Source: Candidatus Syntropharchaeum butanivorans (GTDB lineage: Archaea > Halobacteriota > Syntropharchaeia > Syntropharchaeales > Syntropharchaeaceae). From it: 64,000 nt of DNA. Below are positions 29,226 through 39,603 of the stretch, one piece after another (within the stretch, counting starts at the first letter, position 1; each line of letters starts with the position of its first letter). The stretch covers positions 61,810 through 125,809 of the forward strand of contig LYOR01000002.1 of the NCBI GenBank assembly GCA_001766825.1, read 5' to 3'. The position numbers and the translations under genes are program-made. The notes beneath the pieces were generated by a model, which saw only the letters and a list, made by a program, of their open reading frames with translations, did no database searches and was not told the DNA's origin.

Positions 29226-30011
29226 TGTATTATCTGCAATAAATTTCTCTGTTATCTGAAATTTTTTCGCCTCATATCTCTTCCTCCAATAAACTTTCCA
29301 TCATCAAAACAAAGTTACCAAAGATGATATCATCGCATTTCCTGTAGAAAGCCTGCTTTGGAGTTTCAAGCTCATCAAAATTGAGGCTCATATGGGGGCC
29401 TATCCTGTTATACCAGTCAACAAACTCTTGAATGCTATCAAAATCATCCCTGTGTCTGTTATAGGTATCAAACCACTTCTCCATTTTACCATTGCTCTGG
29501 GGATGATTGTACTTACACAATGTCTGCTTTATTCCTCTCTGTTTGCAATATTCCTCGAATGAGTGTTTTGCCTCTCCTTTCTTATCTCTCCTGTTGGCAT
29601 AGAATTGTGAGCCATGATCAGTAATTACTTCTCTGATGGGAGTTATGTGCAGGTATTTCCTGTATGCTTCATCCAAGAGCTTGATTGAGCTCTCAGCGAT
29701 GGCATCATCCAGAAGAGCACAAACCCATCTTCCATATTTTTCGTTGAAGAACCAGTCCATATGCACCGCGCTGAGACTGTGTGATCTCTCTTATCTTCCT
29801 TCTTTTGCGAAGGTACTTTCCTATTACTCTTGCACCCCCTCCGATCTTCTTCTTTGCTGAACTCTTCTCCTGCTGATCTTGAATTGATCAGCAACCAATT
29901 GGGTGTTCATTCTATAGTTTATTACACGGAGGGCGATGCGTCGATGGTCATCCCTGGTAAGCCTCATGTGAAGCTCTCTGAGCGGGGTACTCAATTTATT
30001 GCAGATGTACA
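29226..30011 (-). mobile_element. IS481-family remnant (internally deleted, frameshifted transposase)
   Basis: ITDHGSQF and HPQSNGKMEK rve motifs; 14-bp perfect inverted repeat at 29232-29245 and 29993-30006; TGT/ACA ends. Confidence 0.88.
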
Positions 30012-30180
30012 ACATAAAAGAAGAACATAAAAGGTTAAAAACTATGAGAGGTTTGTAGAAATGGATTCAATTGGCGTGGCAGGTGGACCTCATGGATAAT
30101 CTCTCATTCGCGTATATTTATATACTACTTCGTCCCTATTTTTCATTAATTCCAGATAAAACTTGACGAATTTTGATATC

Positions 30181-30609
30181 ATGATCGATGATAAAGACCG
30201 GAAGATCGTCGAGATACTGATGAAAAATGCGAGGGCATCCTTTACAGAGATAGCAGATGCACTCGGTCTGAGTGAGTCGACGATAAGAAAGCGGGTGAGG
30301 CAACTTGAGGAGAGCGGGGTGATCAGGAGGTATACCACTATTATTGACCCTGCAAAGCTTGGATACAACACAGTCGCGATAGTCGGGCTTGATGTTGAAC
30401 CATCCCAGTTTCTGGAAGCAGCAGATGCGATGAGCAGGCTCGATGAGGTGAGATGGGTTGCGACATCCACGGGGGACCATATGATCATGGCTGAGATATG
30501 GACCAGGGATGGAAAAGAACTTGGCAGATTGATATCAGAGAAGATCGGAAGGATAGAGGGGGTTCATCGTATCTGTCCTGCGATTATCCTCGAGATGATT
30601 AAAGGTTGA
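30181..30609 (+). CDS. Lrp/AsnC transcriptional regulator
   Basis: [22 protein letters not shown] plus RAM domain. Confidence 0.93.
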   Translation: MIDDKDRKIVEILMKNARASFTEIADALGLSESTIRKRVRQLEESGVIRRYTTIIDPAKLGYNTVAIVGLDVEPSQFLEAADAMSRLDEVRWVATSTGDHMIMAEIWTRDGKELGRLISEKIGRIEGVHRICPAIILEMIKG

Positions 30610-30722
30610 TCCGAAATTCGTACTTTTTTTGCAGATTTCAACGAGTTTCTTTCCCAAAACTTTATATACTCCTGGTGATGTATTGACTGTTAGATCCTTA
30701 TATCGTAAATAGGTGGTGAGGT

Positions 30723-31109
30723 ATGGGAGAGATAGATGAACTGCTTGAGAAGACGTTCAGGGGAGAGACATCGGAGGTAGGACTCTACCTTGCGATGGCA
30801 AGACAGGCTGAGCGAGAAGGACACTACGAACGTGGTTGTTTACCTCAGGCAACTCGCGATGGAAGAGGCGGCACATGCTGCAAGAGCAGCTGAGCTTCTT
30901 GGTATGGTTGGAAAGATGAAAGATGAGATCGAAAAGATGGTTGAAGGTGAAAGAAACGCTGATTCAGGCAAAATGGAGGCAGCCAGGATTGCAAGGGAGG
31001 AGGGAAATGAGGATCTGCCAGATTCTTCGAGGAGGCAGCAAAAGATGAGGCACGGCATAGAGCAGGGCTTGAAGGAATCCTGAAGCGGTTCGAGGCACAT
31101 GGGTGGTAG
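30723..31109 (+). pseudogene. Rubrerythrin-like ferritin-fold gene with two frameshifts (~30830, ~31017)
   Basis: GETSEVGLYLAMARQAEREG, EEAAHA and DEARH lie in different frames. Confidence 0.85.
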
Positions 31110-31701
31110 GATAAAACTTCTTGGAATCTCAGCAAGCCCACGCAAGGCTGCAACCGATTATATCGTGAGAGAGGCATTACGCTATGCCGGAGATATCACA
31201 GAGGTTGAGGTCGAGTACTTCTCGGTTCGTGGCAAAGATCTTAACTTCTGCATCCACTGCGATCATTGCATAAAAACAGGTGAGTGCGTTCACAGAGACG
31301 GGATGCTTGAACTCTACCCTCTTCTCCTCTGGGCTGATGCAATTATCATCGGAACCCCGGTCTATCAGGGAACTGTCAGTGGTCAGGCAAAGGTTCTTAT
31401 GGATCGATGCAGGGCACTTGTTGCAAGGGATATTCATGCCCTCAAAGGTAAGGCTGGAGCTGCTGTTGCAGTAGGGGGAGACAGATCAGGTGGTCAGGAG
31501 ATCGCAATAAGGATAATCATCGACTTTTTCATCATAAACGAGATGATACCGGTTGGAGGTGGAGCATTCGGGGCAAATCTCGGTGCATCGATATGGTCAA
31601 AGGATAAGAGGGAGGAAGGGGCAAGGGAAGACAGAGAGGGGTTGAAGAGCCTGTATAAGACCGTGGCTCGCCTGATAGAGGTTGCATCAGGGCATGCATG
31701 A
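31099..31701 (+). CDS. Iron-sulfur flavoprotein (Isf)
   Basis: SASPR, CIHCDHCIKTGEC, GTPVY, GGQE. Confidence 0.9.
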   Translation: MGGRIKLLGISASPRKAATDYIVREALRYAGDITEVEVEYFSVRGKDLNFCIHCDHCIKTGECVHRDGMLELYPLLLWADAIIIGTPVYQGTVSGQAKVLMDRCRALVARDIHALKGKAGAAVAVGGDRSGGQEIAIRIIIDFFIINEMIPVGGGAFGANLGASIWSKDKREEGAREDREGLKSLYKTVARLIEVASGHA

Positions 31702-31903
31702 GAAGGTTAGAGTCAATCCTGGAAGGTGCAACGGCTGTGGGGAATGCCTCGTCCACTGTCCCAAAGGCCCAAGAATCTTTAAAATCGTTGATAGAGATGA
31801 TAGAAAGGTCTGTATCGTCATGGATGCAAGCTTCTGTCTTGGATGCACCAGTTGTCTCACACGCTGCAGAAATGCTGCGATTGAGCTCTGGAAAGGTGGT
31901 TGA
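31694..31903 (+). CDS. 2[4Fe-4S] ferredoxin
   Basis: [23 protein letters not shown]. Confidence 0.9.
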   Translation: MHEKVRVNPGRCNGCGECLVHCPKGPRIFKIVDRDDRKVCIVMDASFCLGCTSCLTRCRNAAIELWKGG

Positions 31904-31956
31904 ATACAAATGTATTTATACATAAAATTTGTTATAGATTGAGGAAGGTAGATGGT

Positions 31957-32118
31957 ATGGATAAGTGGGAGTGCACAGCATGTGGATATATCTATGATCC
32001 AGCGGTTGGAGATCCTGATAGCGGGATCCCGCCAGGTACAGTATTTGAGGATCTCCCGGATGACTGGATCTGCCCGATGTGCGGGGTCGGGAAGGACGAG
32101 TTCAGGAGGGTTGAGTAG
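31957..32118 (+). CDS. Rubredoxin
   Basis: [24 protein letters not shown]. Confidence 0.96.
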   Translation: MDKWECTACGYIYDPAVGDPDSGIPPGTVFEDLPDDWICPMCGVGKDEFRRVE

Positions 32119-32119
32119 A

Positions 32120-32317
32120 ATGCCAGATGCAGATCCAATTGCAATTGGCGCACCGAGACATAATGGTAATATTCCCGGTCAGGTGAGAACGGTTCTCTCC
32201 ATGATGAAGGATCTGGACCTCAGAGGAAAACCTTCAGCAGCCTTTGGCTCCTATGGGTTAAGTGGAGAGGCACCTATGATCGCAGATGAGCTTCGCTTGA
32301 TGAGGATGGATGCTTGA
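32120..32317 (+). pseudogene. Flavodoxin-domain remnant
   Basis: AAFGSYGLSGEA only; N-terminal FMN loop absent. Confidence 0.65.
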
Positions 32318-32413
32318 ATGGGGGGTATGGGTAAGGTTGGGGTATCACCCTGGGTTTCTCGTATCATGCTCATACCTTCATGGTGTGAGAAAAGGTAGCA
32401 GGAGGTGAAAAAT

Positions 32414-32872
32414 ATGGTGTTTCACAGGAGATGGATATGGGATCCCTTCGAGGAACTGAGGAGGATGCAGGAGTGGATGGATCGGGTATTTGGAGAGTTA
32501 TACGAGGAGACAAGGCTTCTTCCAGCACCTGGGGAGGAGGTTGAAAGAACTGCGGTCCCGTCTGTGGATCTGATCGATAAAGACGATAAGCTTCTGCTTA
32601 AGGCAGATATGCCAGGGATATCGAAGGATGATATCAAGGTTGAGATCAAAGGAGATCGGATAGAGATCTCTGCAGAGGCAAAGAAGGAGGAGGAAGAGAA
32701 GGAAGAGGGATATATCAGGAGAGAACGGAGATACACCAGATACTACAGATCGATCCCGCTTCCTGAGAAGGTTGATCCAGAGAAGGTTGAGGCATCCTTC
32801 AAGGATGGGGTACTCTCGATAGAGATGCCGAAGGTTGAGGCAAAAGAAGTTAAGAGGATTGAGGTGAAATGA
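32414..32872 (+). CDS. Hsp20 small heat-shock protein
   Basis: WDPFEE, DMPGISK, ASFKDGVLSIEMPK. Confidence 0.95.
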   Translation: MVFHRRWIWDPFEELRRMQEWMDRVFGELYEETRLLPAPGEEVERTAVPSVDLIDKDDKLLLKADMPGISKDDIKVEIKGDRIEISAEAKKEEEEKEEGYIRRERRYTRYYRSIPLPEKVDPEKVEASFKDGVLSIEMPKVEAKEVKRIEVK

Positions 32873-32961
32873 TCCTCTCTTCTTTATTTTTTGAAGGTAA
32901 GAGTATGAAATCTCTACTGATCTTTCACCTGAGATTGGTGGGTTAAAAGGTTGAGGTTAAC

Positions 32962-33216
32962 ATGACAGGAGAATATGAAGGAAGGGAGAATTTGAGTGAA
33001 GAAACGAAGGATCTTGAGCGTGCAAGACAGTCGCTCATCGAGGAGCTTGAGGCGATAAACTGGTATCAGGAGCGGATTGATGCAACCAGAAACGAGGAGC
33101 TCAGGAGAATTTTAGAGCATAACCGTGATGAGGAGAAGGAACATGTGGCGATGCTGATCGAGTGGATCAGAAAGAACGACAGCACGCAGGATCGGATGTT
33201 TGAAGAGCATGATTAG
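32962..33216 (+). CDS. Encapsulated-ferritin-like (Flp/EncFtn) protein
   Basis: SLIEELEAINWYQERID..HNRDEEKEH. Confidence 0.88.
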   Translation: MTGEYEGRENLSEETKDLERARQSLIEELEAINWYQERIDATRNEELRRILEHNRDEEKEHVAMLIEWIRKNDSTQDRMFEEHD

Positions 33217-33229
33217 GAGGTTGAGATGA

Positions 33230-33589
33230 ATGTTTGGAGATCTTGTAAACCCCCCTGATAGGGAGGGGAAAGAGAAGCATGTGCCTGTGATCGTGGCACC
33301 GGATCGGGTGAAGAAGGGTGAGTGGTTTGACGTGGAGGTAATCGTGGGGAAGGAAATGATGGCACACCCCAACACGCTGGAGCACCATATAGAGGGTATA
33401 TCGATCTTTTACAAGGAAGACGGGAATAAACCGGTCTACAGGGTTGCAGACCTCACAGCATTCCCGGTCCATGCAGATTCCAGAATAAGGCTCAGGATGC
33501 GGGTTGATAGTGCCGGATACATCCATGCACTATCCAGCTGTAACATCCACGGGCTCTGGGAGTCTGAGAAAAGGATAGAGGTCAAATGA
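33230..33589 (+). CDS. Superoxide reductase (neelaredoxin-like)
   Basis: EKHVP, HPNTLEHHI, CNIHGLWE. Confidence 0.9.
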   Translation: MFGDLVNPPDREGKEKHVPVIVAPDRVKKGEWFDVEVIVGKEMMAHPNTLEHHIEGISIFYKEDGNKPVYRVADLTAFPVHADSRIRLRMRVDSAGYIHALSSCNIHGLWESEKRIEVK

Positions 33590-33598
33590 GGTATCCGG

Positions 33599-34249
33599 AT
33601 GGAGGAAGAAATTGAGACTGCTCAGGGTCTCCCGCTTATCGGAGATCCTGCACCGGATTTCGAGGCGGTGACGACGTTCGGGAAGATCAGGCTCAAGGAC
33701 TATCGTGGTAGCTGGCTTATATTATTCTCGCATCCTGCAGACTTCACACCGGTCTGCACGACCGAATTTATCGCGTTTACCGAAATATACGAGGAGTTCA
33801 AGAAGCGAAATACAGAGCTTTTAGGGCTTTCTGTTGACAGTATCTCATCACATATCGCATGGATCAGAAATATCGAGGAGAAGCTCGGTGTGAAAATACC
33901 GTTCCCGATAATAGCAGATCTGAACAGGGAAGTAGCCAAGAAGTATGGGATGATCCATCCTGGATCAAGCAGGACTGAAACCGTGAGATGTGTCTTTATA
34001 ATCGATCCGGAGGGAATACTGAGGGCGATACTCTACTACCCGCTCACAAACGGGCGGAATATGGATGAGATACTGAGGCTCCTTGATGCAATCCAGACAT
34101 CTGATGAGCATAAGGTTGCAACACCTGCAAACTGGAGACCAGGGGATAAGGTCGTTGTACCACCGCCAAATACACAGGAGATGGCAGAAGAGCGGATGAA
34201 GGAAGGTTACGAGTGTGTTGACTGGTATCTCTGCAAAAGGAGTCTATGA
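33599..34249 (+). CDS. Peroxiredoxin (archaeal Prx6 type)
   Basis: [21 protein letters not shown]. Confidence 0.95.
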   Translation: MEEEIETAQGLPLIGDPAPDFEAVTTFGKIRLKDYRGSWLILFSHPADFTPVCTTEFIAFTEIYEEFKKRNTELLGLSVDSISSHIAWIRNIEEKLGVKIPFPIIADLNREVAKKYGMIHPGSSRTETVRCVFIIDPEGILRAILYYPLTNGRNMDEILRLLDAIQTSDEHKVATPANWRPGDKVVVPPPNTQEMAEERMKEGYECVDWYLCKRSL

Positions 34250-34497
34250 GGAGGAATAAGGTGAAGGTAAAGGTCTACACCACCCCCGCCTGTCCCTTTT
34301 GCGAGATGGCAAAGAACTTTCTCAAGGATGCAGGCGTGGAATTTGAAGATGTTGACGTATCAAAAGATCCGGATGCAGCAGAAGAGATGGTCAGAAAGAG
34401 CGGGAAGATGCTTATCCCACAGATTGAGATCGGGGATACGATAATTGTTGGATTTGATGAGAAGGCAATAAAGCGGGAGCTTGGGATCGATGTATGA
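34246..34497 (+). CDS. Glutaredoxin/NrdH-like protein
   Basis: CPFC active site. Confidence 0.9.
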   Translation: MRRNKVKVKVYTTPACPFCEMAKNFLKDAGVEFEDVDVSKDPDAAEEMVRKSGKMLIPQIEIGDTIIVGFDEKAIKRELGIDV

Positions 34498-35098
34498 TTG
34501 TATCAGGAAAGGTACCAAGAAAACTCGGCATCCCTTGGGAGGATGAGTATCTTGGAATGGGTGTTACATCCTGTGCTACCTGTGATGGTCCTTTATTTGC
34601 AGGCAAAAAAGTTGCTGTGATTGAAGGAGGAAATTCAGCCCTCGATGCAGCGATACAGATGACAAAGATTGCAGCGTGGGTTTATTTGATAAACGTTAAC
34701 CCGGTACTTCGCGGAGATGCTGTGATGCGAGAGAAGGTTGAAGGGGCCCCAATGTTACCATCATGAATTCATTCGAGACGCTTGAGATACTGGGGGATGT
34801 CTTCGTGAAGGGCATGAGAGTGAGGGATAGAGTAACAGATGAAGAGAAAGTTCTTGATGTGGAAGGTGTATTCGTTGAGATCGGCTCTATTCCCTCATCA
34901 GACTTTTCAAAAGGTCTTGTTGAGTTGAATGAACTCGGGGAGGTCGTAATAGATCGCAGAAACCAAACATCTAAAGAAGGAATCTTTGCAGCAGGTGATG
35001 TTACGGACGTAATCGAGAAGCAGGTGATAATTGCAGCAGGAGAGGGTGCAAAGGCACTTTTGGGGTGGATGAGTATCTCAACAGGAAGAGATGAATAA
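34494..35098 (+). pseudogene. trxB: Thioredoxin reductase pseudogene (N-terminal FAD region deleted; frameshift ~34750)
   Basis: CATCDG, GGNSALD, GIFAAGDVT; N-terminal GxGxxG region missing. Confidence 0.85.
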
Positions 35099-37048
35099 AA
35101 TGGCTGGAGGGAGGAGGAAGGTCATAATCTCGGTCGAAGGGATGAGCTGTGCGACCTGCGCGCAGACGATAGAGAAGGCGTTTAAGAAGCGAGAGGGGAT
35201 TGAGGAAGTTGAGGGTGAAAAGAGGGCAAGAGAAGCAGAGGTTACAAAAAAGAAGTATCTTTTCCTCTTCAGCCTCTCCTTAAGCATACCGATACTTGTA
35301 ATCAGCATGTTTATCGGGGATTTTCCGTACAAGTCCCTTCTTCTTTTTATCCTGACAACTCCTGTCCAGTTTATCGCAGGATACGGGTTTTACAAAGGTG
35401 CATACGGTGCACTTAAGAACAGAAGCGCTGATATGAACCTGCTTGTTGCACTTGGAACATCCGCTGCCTACTTTTACAGCACGGCTGCAACGTTCTTCCC
35501 TGATATTGTAGGAAGGGAAGTTTACTTTGAGACTGCAGCACTTCTTATCACATTCATCCTTCTTGGGAGGTATCTTGAGGCTGTTGCCAGGGGTAAGACG
35601 AGTGGGGCTGTCAGGAAACTCCTTGAGATAAAGCCTGCGTTTGCGACCGTTTTAAGGGATGGAAAGGAGATGACAATCCCTGCAGATGAGGTCATGGTGG
35701 GGGATGTTATAAGGGTTAGACCCGGTGAGCGAATCCCGGCTGATGGAGTCGTTATTGAAGGATACTCCTCTGTGGATGAGTCGATGATAACAGGTGAACC
35801 GATCCCTGTTGAGAAGAGGGCAGGGGAGGAGGTAATAGGGGGTACGATCAATAAAACCGGGAGTTTTCTCTTTGAGGCAAAACGAGTCGGGAAGGATACG
35901 ACCCTATCACAGATCATAAGGCTTGTTGAGGAGGCACAGGGATCAAAAGCTCCGATCCAGCGGTTTGCAGACCAGGTTGCATCCTATTTTGTCCCTGCTG
36001 TCATGGTCGGAACGGCAAGGGGGCAGAGAACGGGATTTTGATAAAGGGTGGTGAGGTGCTTGAGAGGGCACACAAGGTTGATACCGTGGTACTTGATAAG
36101 ACAGGGACACTCACTGGGTGAGCCTGAGGTTGTTGATATCCTTGGTTTTGACCATGATGAAAGGGAAGTCCTTGGGCTTGCAGCATCAGCAGAGATTAGA
36201 TCAGAGCATCCACTTGCAGATGCGATCATAAAACATGCAAAATCAGAAGGGGTTGAGATAAAGGAGCCAGAAAGGTTTGAGGCACTACCAAGGATGGGTG
36301 TCAAGGCTGAAATTCAGGATGAAGAGATCCTTCTTGGGAACAGGCGTCTTGTGAAGGAGATGAACGTTGATATATCCGGGCTTGAAGGCTCTATCTCAAG
36401 GCTTGAAGAGGAAGGGAAGACGGTTATGATCGTTGCATTCAAGAGAAGGGCTACTGGTCTTCTTGCACTCTCTGATAAGCTAAAGGAAGCTAAAGGCTTC
36501 TGCAGGGGATGCTGTTTTGGAGCTAAAAAAGGGGGCATTGATATCATGATGCTTACAGGAGATAATGAACGTACGGCAAAGGCTATAGGGAGAGAGGTCG
36601 GGAAGACCGGGTCATAGCAGAGGTTCTTCCTCAAAGAAAGGCAGAGGAGGTAAAGAAGCTTCAGAAGGAGGGGAGAGTTGTTGCGTTTGTTGGAGATGGT
36701 ATAAACGACGCTCCTGCACTTGTCGAGGCTGATATCGGAATTGCGATAGGGGCTGGAAGTGATGTTGCACTTGAGAGTGCAGATATCATCCTTATGAGAA
36801 GTGATCTCAGGGATGTCGTTGCTTCGATTGAGCTTAGCAGGCGTACGATGAGAAAGATCAGAGAGAATATGTTCTGGGCACTTGTTTATAACAGTCTCGG
36901 GATTCCGATTGCAGCAGGTGTTCTATATCCATCGATGGGTCTTCTCTTAAGGCCTGAGATCGCTGCATTTGCGATGGCAATGAGCTCTGTATCTGTTGTC
37001 TCAAATTCACTTCTCTTAAAGCGTGTTAAGATAAAACAGGAGGTTTAG
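35091..37048 (+). pseudogene. copA: Cu(I) P1B-ATPase pseudogene
   Basis: [25 protein letters not shown]; CPC helix deleted; several frameshifts; 10-bp tandem duplication at 36477-36496. Confidence 0.92.
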
Positions 37049-37051
37049 AAT

Positions 37052-38245
37052 ATGGTTGTTGAGCTTAAAGAAGGTGTTTACTGGGTTGGTGCTGTCGACT
37101 GGGCAGCAAGGGAGTTTCACGATTATGTGATCCCCGCGGGAACGACATACAACGCGTACCTGATCGTTGATGAGAAGGTCGCACTGATAGACACTGTGAA
37201 GCACGGATTTCTCGATGAGCTTATGATGCGAATCGAGAAGATAATCGAGCCTGAGAGGATCGATTATGTGATCTCAAACCACGGCGAGATGGATCATTCA
37301 GGCGTGCTTCCCTGGGTTATGAACCGTGTGAGCAAGGATGCAACAGTTGTAACCTCAATGAAAGGGGAAGAGAGTCTCAGGAAGTACTATCGCCACAACT
37401 GGAATCTGATGACGGTAAAAGCAGGCGATGAGATCTCGCTTGGGAAGAAGACACTGACATTCCTGCCTGTTCCGATGCTTCACTGGCCAGATAGCATGAT
37501 GACATATCTCAGGGAAGATAAGATCCTCTTCTCAAATGATGCATTTGGACAGCATCTGGCATCACACGAGCGGTTTGATGATGAGGTCGATCCTGACGAA
37601 CTCATGGAGTATGTCAGATCCTACTTTGCAAACATCCTGATGCCGTTCTCTGATCTCATTATAAGGAAACTCGATGAGATCTCAAAGCTAAACCTTCCAA
37701 TCGATATGATCGCACCATCCCACGGTCTCATCTGGCGAAAGAAACCAGAATCGATCATAAAAGAATACATACGGCTTGCAGAAGGTAAGACTGAGAGAAG
37801 GGCTGTGATCATCTATGACACGATGTGGCACTCAACAGAGAAGATGGCGGTTGCAATCGCAGAGGGGATAGCAGATGAGGGTGTGAAGGCTGAGATTGTG
37901 AAGCTCAGAAGTGCTCATATCAGTGAGGCTGTTACAAAGGTGCTCGGAGCAGGGGCGCTTGTTGTGGGATCGCCAACGCTCAATAACGGCGTCTTTCCCA
38001 CGGTTGCAGGGTTTATGGCATATCTCGAGGGTTTGAAACCGAAGGTCAAGAAAGGAGGTGTCTTTGGATCATACGGCTGGGCAGGTGGTGCAGTGAAGAA
38101 GCTTCAGGCACAGCTTGAAGCGATGGGGATTGAGATAATCGAGGACGGGCTTGAGATCAAGTTTCTGCCTGACCCAGACGATATAAAGAGCTGTATTGAG
38201 TTTGGAAAGTTGATTGGAAGGAGTGTAAAGGAGGGATTTGAATGA
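37052..38245 (+). CDS. fprA: Flavodiiron protein (FprA)
   Basis: HGEMDH, HWPDSM, SNDAFG, SHG plus flavodoxin domain. Confidence 0.95.
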   Translation: MVVELKEGVYWVGAVDWAAREFHDYVIPAGTTYNAYLIVDEKVALIDTVKHGFLDELMMRIEKIIEPERIDYVISNHGEMDHSGVLPWVMNRVSKDATVVTSMKGEESLRKYYRHNWNLMTVKAGDEISLGKKTLTFLPVPMLHWPDSMMTYLREDKILFSNDAFGQHLASHERFDDEVDPDELMEYVRSYFANILMPFSDLIIRKLDEISKLNLPIDMIAPSHGLIWRKKPESIIKEYIRLAEGKTERRAVIIYDTMWHSTEKMAVAIAEGIADEGVKAEIVKLRSAHISEAVTKVLGAGALVVGSPTLNNGVFPTVAGFMAYLEGLKPKVKKGGVFGSYGWAGGAVKKLQAQLEAMGIEIIEDGLEIKFLPDPDDIKSCIEFGKLIGRSVKEGFE

Positions 38246-38313
38246 GTGAAAGGTTGAATGAGCTTTTGAATGAGGCTATAGCCCGTGAGATTCTGGTATT
38301 TCAGGAGGGTTAA
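38242..38313 (+). pseudogene. 23-codon N-terminal remnant of a ferritin-like gene (MSERLNELLNEAIAREILVFQEG)
   Basis: Manual translation; ATGA overlap with fprA; LNEAIARE resembles a diiron helix A start. Confidence 0.4.
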
Positions 38314-38532
38314 ATGGCTAAATGGGAGTACAGGTTGACAAGGGATCGCGTTAAGCTCAGGGAGCCGGTCATAGAGTGTGACAGGAAGGGGATCTGCATC
38401 GTCCATGAGCCGAGTGAGGATGAACTGCTACAGATCCTGAACAGAGAAGGCGAAGATGGGTGGGAGCTTGTTGAGATCGGGTATCACCAGGGCGAGATTG
38501 TGGGGGTATGGAAGCGGGAAAAGGAGGGGTGA
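38314..38532 (+). CDS. DUF4177-like small protein
   Basis: KWEYR..LNREGEDGWELV..WKR. Confidence 0.75.
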   Translation: MAKWEYRLTRDRVKLREPVIECDRKGICIVHEPSEDELLQILNREGEDGWELVEIGYHQGEIVGVWKREKEG

Positions 38533-38567
38533 TATGTATCTAATTAAAGCGAAAAGGAGGTGATAAT

Positions 38568-38729
38568 ATGACATGGTGGAAGTGCTCAGAGTGTGGGTAC
38601 ACATTTGAGGCAGATGCCCCGCCAGAGAGGTGTCCGTCCTGCAACGAAGCCTGTACATTCACGGATGTTACATGCTACATCCCTGAGTGTGGTGGGGAAG
38701 TTGGCGGACATCCGGATGAGAGGCTATAG
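38568..38729 (+). CDS. 53-aa rubredoxin-like protein ([22 protein letters not shown]), not in ORF track
   Basis: GGAGGTG RBS, two CxxC pairs plus three extra Cys. Confidence 0.85.
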   Translation: MTWWKCSECGYTFEADAPPERCPSCNEACTFTDVTCYIPECGGEVGGHPDERL

Positions 38730-38734
38730 GAGGT

Positions 38735-39169
38735 GTGAAAATCTCAAAAGTGCTTGTTGTATACTACACAAGAACCGGAAACACCGGGAAGATGGCAAAA
38801 GCAATCGCAGAAGGGGCTGAGTCTGCAGGGGCAGAAGCCGTCCTTAAATCGGTCTATTCGGTGAAAAATGAGGACATTCTCGAAGCAGACGCGATAATAG
38901 CTGGATCACCAACCCAGAACAAGCGCGTACCATCGAAGATGATGGCATTTATCAACGATATGAAGGATCTTGAGCTTGATGGTAAGATCGGTGCAGCATT
39001 TGGATCGTATGGTTGGAGCGGTGAGGCGGTCGGGATACTGAATGATGAGCTTGAGAAGCTTGGAATCAAGCTTGTGAGTAAGGGGATTCGTGTTAGGAGA
39101 GAGCCGGGTGAGGCAGATCTTAGGGATCTGAAGGAGCTTGGGAGAAAGGTTGCAGAGGTAGCTGGATGA
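38735..39169 (+). CDS. Flavodoxin
   Basis: YTRTGNTGKMA, GSPT, FGSYGWSG. Confidence 0.93.
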   Translation: MKISKVLVVYYTRTGNTGKMAKAIAEGAESAGAEAVLKSVYSVKNEDILEADAIIAGSPTQNKRVPSKMMAFINDMKDLELDGKIGAAFGSYGWSGEAVGILNDELEKLGIKLVSKGIRVRREPGEADLRDLKELGRKVAEVAG

Positions 39170-39381
39170 GCAATTTCAGAAAAGAGATCTCTCTGATACG
39201 AGGGAAAATCCCAAAACAGAGAATAGCGATTGAGCCGGTACTGGTTGTATGCTACAGGGTGAATGGGAAGCCGGGTGCTGATGTGATTGCTTCCAGAAAC
39301 AGAAAACCTTAAAGAACCCCTCAAATTAGATGATCCCATCGAGATTGCAGCATTCAACCGATACAGAGGAGGTGAGAGTGA

Positions 39382-39603
39382 ATGAGAGAGAAGGTCGAGG
39401 CGGTCATAAAGCAGATCAGGCCATTTCTTCAGGCAGAGGGCGGAGACGTCGAGCTTGTGGATGTTGATGAGAAGGGTGTTGTGAAGGTCAGGCTCCAGGG
39501 AGCATGTGCCGGGTGCATCTTCTCACAGATGACCCTTGCAAATGTTATCGAGCAGCGGATAAGGGAGGCTGTGCCTGAGATCGACCATGTGGAGGCTGTC
39601 TGA
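39382..39603 (+). CDS. NifU/Nfu C-terminal domain protein
   Basis: GGDVELV..GACAGC. Confidence 0.93.
   Translation: MREKVEAVIKQIRPFLQAEGGDVELVDVDEKGVVKVRLQGACAGCIFSQMTLANVIEQRIREAVPEIDHVEAV

Noticed and set aside
39167-39320. Short ORF after flavodoxin (MSNFRKEISL...)
   Set aside because: No recognisable motif or RBS; cannot be supported
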